From Cyanobacteria bacterium P01_D01_bin.156 (GTDB lineage Bacteria; Cyanobacteriota; Cyanobacteriia; Phormidesmidales; Phormidesmidaceae), in contig JBCCQQ010000011.1 of assembly GCA_039024555.1 (NCBI GenBank), forward strand, positions 32,001 through 96,000: 64,000 nt of DNA. Direction: 5' to 3'. Positions 58,623 to 64,000 of this stretch are shown here, in pieces. Below the pieces are notes generated by a model, which did no database searches, was not told where the DNA came from, and saw only the letters and a list, made by a program, of their open reading frames with translations. How positions within the stretch are numbered: position 1 is the stretch's first letter; the number at the start of each line of letters is the position of its first letter. Position numbers and translations under genes: made by a program.

Positions 58623-59855
58623 TTAGTCTCTTAGAAACGTACGCTGTACTTGGGTGGTGGAAACAACCTGGCCGTTTTTGATGGTGGTGCGACTTGGGGG
58701 CGCGGTTGCGATCGCTGCCGAAACAGATGGGGCATCCAGAATCACGAGATCTGCCACATTACCTGGTGCAATTTTGTGATTACTCACACCAATGGCGCGG
58801 GCAGCCTGGGTTGTGACCATCTCTAAACACCGCTGATGGCTTTGGGCTGTTCCCATCTGTAGCGTTTGCCCAAGCAAGTTGCACATCTTTAGTACATCCC
58901 CATCTCCAAACGGGGTAAACAGATTTTGCACATTGTTGGTGGCAATGCCCACCGTCACCCCCCTATCCATTAGCTGATGAATGGGGGCAACGCCACGACG
59001 CATATTGTGGGTATCCCTGCGGGCCATCATATAGAGATCCGTAGCTGGCAATGCCAAAACAGAAATACCCGCTTCCTGCAGCATCGTCGATGATTCCTGA
59101 AGCTCTTGGGGAGTAAGACCTGCCAATTTTGTCATATGCCCTAAACACACTCGCCCCTGCCAGCCCCGCTTCAATGTCTCCTCAACTACCAGCGGCAACA
59201 GCAGTGGAGCATCATCATCTAGAAAATCCAGGTGAAAGTCAACATTGCAGTCAAACTCCTGGGCAAGGTCTAACACAATGCGAATGTTCTCATCCGGGGC
59301 CGGATCAACATAGGGGGCAGAGCCAATCACATCGCCACCCATTAACATCGCCTGTCGTAATAGATTTGTCGTATTTGGCTGGTTAGTAATGCCCTCCTGG
59401 GCAAAGATGGCCAACTGCAGCGTAAGTCCCCAGGCATAGTCTTGCTTTAGCGGCAGCAGGGCTTCTAGCGCTGTTAGTTGAATGATTGGATCTACTTCCA
59501 CATGGGTACGCATCAACGTTGTACCAAAGGCAATCTCATTTTCAATCACCCGTTGCGCCCGGGTTTGAATATCTTCAATGGTAAATTCTCGCTTCAGTTT
59601 GCCAGTTTCAGCTAAGGCTTCTTGAAACGTGCCAGTCTCAGCAGGGCGCTGGGCAAGTAATAGGGCTTTATCCAGATGCAGGTGGCCATCTACTAAACCA
59701 GAGATAACCAGTTTTCCCTCAACGTTTATGGTGTTTTGGGCAGCTAGTTCCATATTCGGCGCAACCTGTTTGATTACCCCTCCTTCTATAAAAAGAGACC
59801 AGAGGCCGCTGCGGTCAGCTAAGGTGGCGTTATCAATTTTAAGCGTTGCTGACAT
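58623..59855 (-). CDS. Amidohydrolase family protein (cytosine-deaminase-like)
   Basis: DGHLHLDK (HxH), RTHVEVD, DFHLD, LGHMT, ADLVILD. Confidence 0.85.
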   Translation of the reverse strand: MSATLKIDNATLADRSGLWSLFIEGGVIKQVAPNMELAAQNTINVEGKLVISGLVDGHLHLDKALLLAQRPAETGTFQEALAETGKLKREFTIEDIQTRAQRVIENEIAFGTTLMRTHVEVDPIIQLTALEALLPLKQDYAWGLTLQLAIFAQEGITNQPNTTNLLRQAMLMGGDVIGSAPYVDPAPDENIRIVLDLAQEFDCNVDFHLDFLDDDAPLLLPLVVEETLKRGWQGRVCLGHMTKLAGLTPQELQESSTMLQEAGISVLALPATDLYMMARRDTHNMRRGVAPIHQLMDRGVTVGIATNNVQNLFTPFGDGDVLKMCNLLGQTLQMGTAQSHQRCLEMVTTQAARAIGVSNHKIAPGNVADLVILDAPSVSAAIATAPPSRTTIKNGQVVSTTQVQRTFLRD

Positions 59856-59967
59856 GGCTGTTCCTGTGAGTGATTTTGTCTCTGTGGCATCAGTTATAGG
59901 GCCACTGTTTCCGTTATAGTGAAATATGCCGCATTGAATATTCGCTCTTTATTTTTTCCCTATTACC

Positions 59968-60252
59968 ATGCCCGAAATTCGGTTTCATATCCAATGGCCC
60001 GATGGACAACAGGAAAGTTGTTATTCTCCATCCCTAGTTGTGAAAGATTATTTTCAGGTGGGAGAATCCTATACAATTACTGATTTTTTGCAGCGCTCTA
60101 GAGAATCTCTTCAAATTGCCAGCGAGCGAGTTAAAGCTAAGTATGGCTTTCCCTGCGGTTTAGCCATGGGGCAATTGCAAAAAATTGAAGATACGGCTCA
60201 GCAATATTTAGAACAACCCGATAGCAAGGTAACCGTTCTACAGTTTCAATAG
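59968..60252 (+). CDS. nitG: MSMEG_0570-family nitrogen-starvation protein
   Basis: MPEIRFHIQWPDG...CYSPSLVV...ASERVKAKYGFPC. Confidence 0.9.
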   Translation: MPEIRFHIQWPDGQQESCYSPSLVVKDYFQVGESYTITDFLQRSRESLQIASERVKAKYGFPCGLAMGQLQKIEDTAQQYLEQPDSKVTVLQFQ

Positions 60253-60328
60253 CACATTTACCTGAGCTGTAATTTGAACGGTTTCATGAACAATTGCTCT
60301 GCTAAACTCTAACTTTTTATGGCGTGGC

Positions 60329-61168
60329 TTATTGCTCCACGCGTTCAAACATCTGCTCTTTTTCCCTAAGCCTGTCAAGTTCAAACAACCAAACATCTAA
60401 CAATGAAATGTCTAAATTGTTAGCCCCTTTTTTAGCCCCTTGCTCCAGGTATTCCATAATCTGCTGAAGATCATGCTCTAACCTTATTTCGGTCCGACAG
60501 AGACTGTCATTTAAGGTGGCTACATTTTTTTGTAGCGTTGATGATTCATAGTGGACTATTGACTGCAATGACCGTTTTTCAAACGGCTTTATCTGTTCTA
60601 AATTTCTAATACCAGAAAAATCAACCGCCATCAATTTCGACAAGACTTTCTGTTCAGTTGATGTCTGAGCACATTTAGCAGCAGCGATAACCTCACCAAT
60701 AAGCATTTTGATATCGTGTTCATAGCGCTTTACTGCGTCATGCTTAAGTTTATTATTTCTAGCAACTAGTCTTTCTAATTTATCTGCCTGAATTGCTTCA
60801 TACTTAGTCGATAGAAAAATAGGGTCTAAGGTTAATCCGTCGACAGCACATTCTGTTTTAGAGTTGGATACATCTCGTTTTCTTTTACGATGCAATCCTC
60901 CCAGAGTATAGGCAGCAAGACCAACTGAAGAAATAGCTACCAGGGCAGTAACTGGATTCAGATGCCAATGACTTGATAATCTGCTTAGATTGCTTGCAAA
61001 GCTTGCTTGCTTGCTATTCGTGAGATACCACTTGTCGTTACTAATAACGCTGTCATTCCAGTTTTTGTAGCTAGAAAAATTAGATCCTGCTCTGACCTCT
61101 GATGGTAAGCAAGCAGAATTAAACATTACAGCTAATGCAAACGCGTGAGCTAAGAAATGTTTTTTCAT
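60329..61168 (-). CDS. Hypothetical membrane-anchored protein
   Basis: Signal-peptide-like start MKKHFLAHAFALAV, one TM (VTALVAISSVGLAAYTLGG) followed by a basic stretch and a helical tail; no family recognised. Confidence 0.55.
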   Translation of the reverse strand: MKKHFLAHAFALAVMFNSACLPSEVRAGSNFSSYKNWNDSVISNDKWYLTNSKQASFASNLSRLSSHWHLNPVTALVAISSVGLAAYTLGGLHRKRKRDVSNSKTECAVDGLTLDPIFLSTKYEAIQADKLERLVARNNKLKHDAVKRYEHDIKMLIGEVIAAAKCAQTSTEQKVLSKLMAVDFSGIRNLEQIKPFEKRSLQSIVHYESSTLQKNVATLNDSLCRTEIRLEHDLQQIMEYLEQGAKKGANNLDISLLDVWLFELDRLREKEQMFERVEQ

Positions 61169-61458
61169 GTCTTTGCTACCAAGGATCTTTGGGCAGAATT
61201 TGAGCTTAGTGTAGCTTGTTTTCAATTCATAGCTTCCGAAAAGAATCTTTAGCTTATGTTCGCTTTTCTCTTTTAAGAAGAAGAGTGCAATAAAAGAGAT
61301 GGGCAACCGGAAGATTTTAACAAAGTCAACAAATATTTCCGAAAATTAGAAATGTCCAAATAGAGCTATTGCTGATTCCAAAGATCAACCCATTCATAAA
61401 ACCAGATACGGTTTGAATATGACAGACAAAATCATCCCGAGGATAAGCAATGCCGCAA

Positions 61459-61491
61459 TAAAAAAGCTGGCTCATGGAGTAGAGCCAGCTT
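61459..61491 (-). terminator. Intrinsic terminator of the ycf46-ycf35 operon
   Basis: Stem AAGCTGGCTC/GAGCCAGCTT with an A-tract (U-tract on the minus strand) just downstream of ycf35. Confidence 0.75.
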
Positions 61492-61533
61492 AAACTTGCG
61501 TGGGAACGCGTATAGGAAGCAGTAACCTTTCTT

Positions 61534-61884
61534 CTACTGAAGGACTAGCTTTACGTTAGCGTTCTGAAGACCAGGGCGCTTAACTTCAGCTAGTGTGCGG
61601 TTAACAGCATACTTTTGGTTGATGGAGTTGATAAGCTCAGTCTGGTTGTGCTTCTTAGCAACACCCCAAAGGTCAGCAATCAGATCAAAGGAACCATCTG
61701 TGTTGCGAGACCAGCCTAGATCATACTCACCTTCTAGAACAGCTACGATGTCAGCACGTACACGCTGACCGTTGTAACCGCGAACATCAGCATCAGTCTT
61801 AACGGAAATACCAAGGTCCTTTAGGGAAGAAGTAAGGATTTCAGATTCAGTGATCTTAGTGCGTAGAGTACTAAAGTGAGACAT
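61534..61884 (-). CDS. ycf35: Ycf35 / DUF1257 protein
   Basis: MSHFSTLRTKI, VRGYNGQ, FDLIADLW, INQKYA. Confidence 0.9.
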   Translation of the reverse strand: MSHFSTLRTKITESEILTSSLKDLGISVKTDADVRGYNGQRVRADIVAVLEGEYDLGWSRNTDGSFDLIADLWGVAKKHNQTELINSINQKYAVNRTLAEVKRPGLQNANVKLVLQ

Positions 61885-62043
61885 TGTGTTTCCTCCAGTA
61901 GGAAAATGAGAGATTGAGAAGTGAAAAAACGCAAAGTCAATAGATTAACAAACCAATATTGATAATTTGCTAAGCCATTGCCTCAAAACTGCTAACCCAA
62001 TAAGTTAGCCCCCTGCCAGGGAAAAGTCCCTAACAAAAGTCTG

Positions 62044-63555
62044 TCAAAACTCCATCCGCTGATATTCAGCGACGGATGAAGCCGCGGGACGAGCACGCTG
62101 TCGTGCCCAATCGCGAAGCGCTGTTACCTGTTCATTCATTGTCTTAGACAACGGTAACGTAGCCCGAATGGCCGCAATTATATCGAGTTGGTTAAACTCG
62201 CGACCCTGGGCAAACGCCTCATACATTGCAGAAATCAAACCCTGTTCAATCTCCGCTCCCGAAAAACCTTCGCACACCTTTGTAAGCTGTTCGAAATCAA
62301 ATCGTTCCACATCTCGACGACGCTTACTTAGATGAATCTTAAATATCTCTTTGCGTTCTTCTTCATTGGGTAGGTCAACAAAGAAGATCTCATCAAATCG
62401 CCCCTTCCGCAAAAACTCACTGGGCAGCCGCTCCACTCGGTTTGCTGTAGCCATGACAAATACCGGTGATGTCTTCTCTTGCATCCAAGTCAAAAAACTA
62501 CCAAATATGCGACTGGATGTGCCACCGTCAGAATCTGCAGACCCCGCTCCACCTGCAAAGGCTTTATCAATCTCGTCAATAAAGAGAATCGCCGGAGAAA
62601 TAGATTCAGCAGTCCGCAGGGCACTGCGCAAATTAGCTTCCGAACGACCCACCATAGAACCGTCGTATACACGGCCAATATCTAACCGCAGCAGAGGCAA
62701 CCCCCAGAGACGGGCAGTGGTTTTTGCAATCAGGGATTTACCACAGCCGGGCACGCCCAAAATTAACATTCCCTTAGGTTGGGGCAGACCGTATTCACGG
62801 GCTCGCTCGGTAAAGGCATTGGAACGCTGCCGCAACCAGTGCTTTAATTCTTCTAAACCGCCCACTGAATCGAGAGTTTCATCCTCTTCGATATATTCCA
62901 AAATACCGTTGCGACGGATGAGCTGTTTCTTCTCAGAAAGAACAATATCGACCTCAGACTCGGTTAGCTTCCCTGAAACCACCTTAGCCTTGCGAAATAC
63001 TTTCTCAGCTTCATCCTCAGTCAGACCCAAGGCTGCCTTTAGAAGCTTCTCCCGGACGTCAGTAGTAATGTTGTTGCCGACACCAGCCTTACCCAGCTCA
63101 GCGGTCAGCACCTGGTTGAGCTCACCCATGCTGGGCATATCAAAGTCTAAAACAACAACTTCCTTCTCTAACTCCACCGGAATTTCTTGAACCGGAGACA
63201 TCAATATAATAGTCTTGTTTGTTCCTTTGAAACTTGCGATCGCATCCCGCAAACACCGCGTCACCGCCGGAGAATCCATAAATGGATGCAGATCCTTAAA
63301 CAAGTAAATGCCCGGATCTTTCTGACGAATTGCCCAGTCTATAGCCGCTTCAGGAGATACCGTATTGCTGTTTTGAGAGCTGCGCGCTTGGCCATATTCC
63401 ACAACACCATGGGTAACGGTCCAAGAAAACAACCGCCTCTGTGGGTGTTGCCGAGTAATCGCAGCCACTGTTCGCTCGGCCCGCTCCTCCTCAAACGTGA
63501 GTAAGTAGATCAGAGGATATTGAGCTTTAACTAGAACCTCTAGCTCTTCCTTCAT
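62044..63555 (-). CDS. ycf46: Ycf46-family AAA ATPase (Slr0374-like)
   Basis: GVPGCGKS Walker A, FIDEIDK Walker B, RKGRFDEIFFVDLP. Confidence 0.92.
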   Translation of the reverse strand: MKEELEVLVKAQYPLIYLLTFEEERAERTVAAITRQHPQRRLFSWTVTHGVVEYGQARSSQNSNTVSPEAAIDWAIRQKDPGIYLFKDLHPFMDSPAVTRCLRDAIASFKGTNKTIILMSPVQEIPVELEKEVVVLDFDMPSMGELNQVLTAELGKAGVGNNITTDVREKLLKAALGLTEDEAEKVFRKAKVVSGKLTESEVDIVLSEKKQLIRRNGILEYIEEDETLDSVGGLEELKHWLRQRSNAFTERAREYGLPQPKGMLILGVPGCGKSLIAKTTARLWGLPLLRLDIGRVYDGSMVGRSEANLRSALRTAESISPAILFIDEIDKAFAGGAGSADSDGGTSSRIFGSFLTWMQEKTSPVFVMATANRVERLPSEFLRKGRFDEIFFVDLPNEEERKEIFKIHLSKRRRDVERFDFEQLTKVCEGFSGAEIEQGLISAMYEAFAQGREFNQLDIIAAIRATLPLSKTMNEQVTALRDWARQRARPAASSVAEYQRMEF

Positions 63556-63615
63556 GGTGTTTTATCCTCTTACGCCGACCGACGACAACAACAGATCAAC
63601 TAAGTCCAACACGCT

Positions 63616-63948
63616 CTAACAGGGAACCAACTCACCTTCATCAGACCGTACCGAGCTAGGCACAACATCAGGAACCTCGCTTAGGGCCTCCACATGCAAA
63701 TCACCGTGGGATTCAACAGCCATAAGATCATTATCTTTAAGCACTACAGCGGTGGCACAGGAAGGACACTCATACACCAAATGGGCTGAACCCTGCACAC
63801 CCTCAACCACATCAGAATGACTGAGATAAAACCCGATGGCCCGCTCGGCCAAAGTAGACATTGGCTCTCCGTCTACCGCGGCGCGAATCTTAAGCTGGCG
63901 GTGCAGGTCATCGTGCATATAGAGCGTGACCTTTTGCTTGCCTTGCAT
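63616..63948 (-). CDS. Conserved cyanobacterial protein upstream of ycf46 (ribbon-helix-helix-like N-terminus, CxxC)
   Basis: KQKVTLY...LHRQLKIRAAV...ECPSC; position matches the first gene of the slr0373-slr0374-slr0376-type operon. Confidence 0.75.
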   Translation of the reverse strand: MQGKQKVTLYMHDDLHRQLKIRAAVDGEPMSTLAERAIGFYLSHSDVVEGVQGSAHLVYECPSCATAVVLKDNDLMAVESHGDLHVEALSEVPDVVPSSVRSDEGELVPC

Positions 63949-64000
63949 ATCAACCCTAACTAATAAATATCAATAAAACCTGGGGTCTAAACCCATGTCG

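Noticed and set aside
62351..63190. 279-aa plus-strand ORF
   Set aside because: Antisense shadow of the conserved ycf46; no recognisable motifs.
736..63243. Recurrent GCGATCGC octamers as a novel repeat
   Set aside because: This is the well-known cyanobacterial HIP1; used only as a taxonomic clue.

Overview
64-kb chromosomal window from a cyanobacterium (inferred from frequent HIP1 GCGATCGC octamers, the ycf46/ycf35 operon, desC, an NtcA-type promoter and an sll0783-0787-like cluster; lineage not determinable here). The left ~30 kb holds housekeeping/redox genes and a signalling-rich block: two histidine kinases with ethylene-receptor-like N-termini and four c-di-GMP enzymes. The right half holds a dispersed Nit1C / MSMEG_0565-0572 nitrilase cluster (nitH, nitB-C-D-E-F, glycosyltransferase, nitG, and a probable GAF-LuxR regulator), interrupted by two innate-immunity-like modules. 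(i) A tandem array of four ~990-aa TIR-TM-WD40 receptor-like genes with near-identical TIR domains and diverged, mosaic beta-propellers, plus an unannotated remnant of a fifth TIR copy. (ii) A two-gene 'split NLR': a TIR protein and a STAND-ATPase-TPR protein sharing a ~44-aa helical module (22/44 identical by manual alignment) that probably couples them homotypically. Intergenic spaces in the nit cluster carry palindromic REP/MITE-like repeats. No rRNA, tRNA, CRISPR array, transposase or integrase was recognised. All protein calls come from motif recognition by eye, with no database search.
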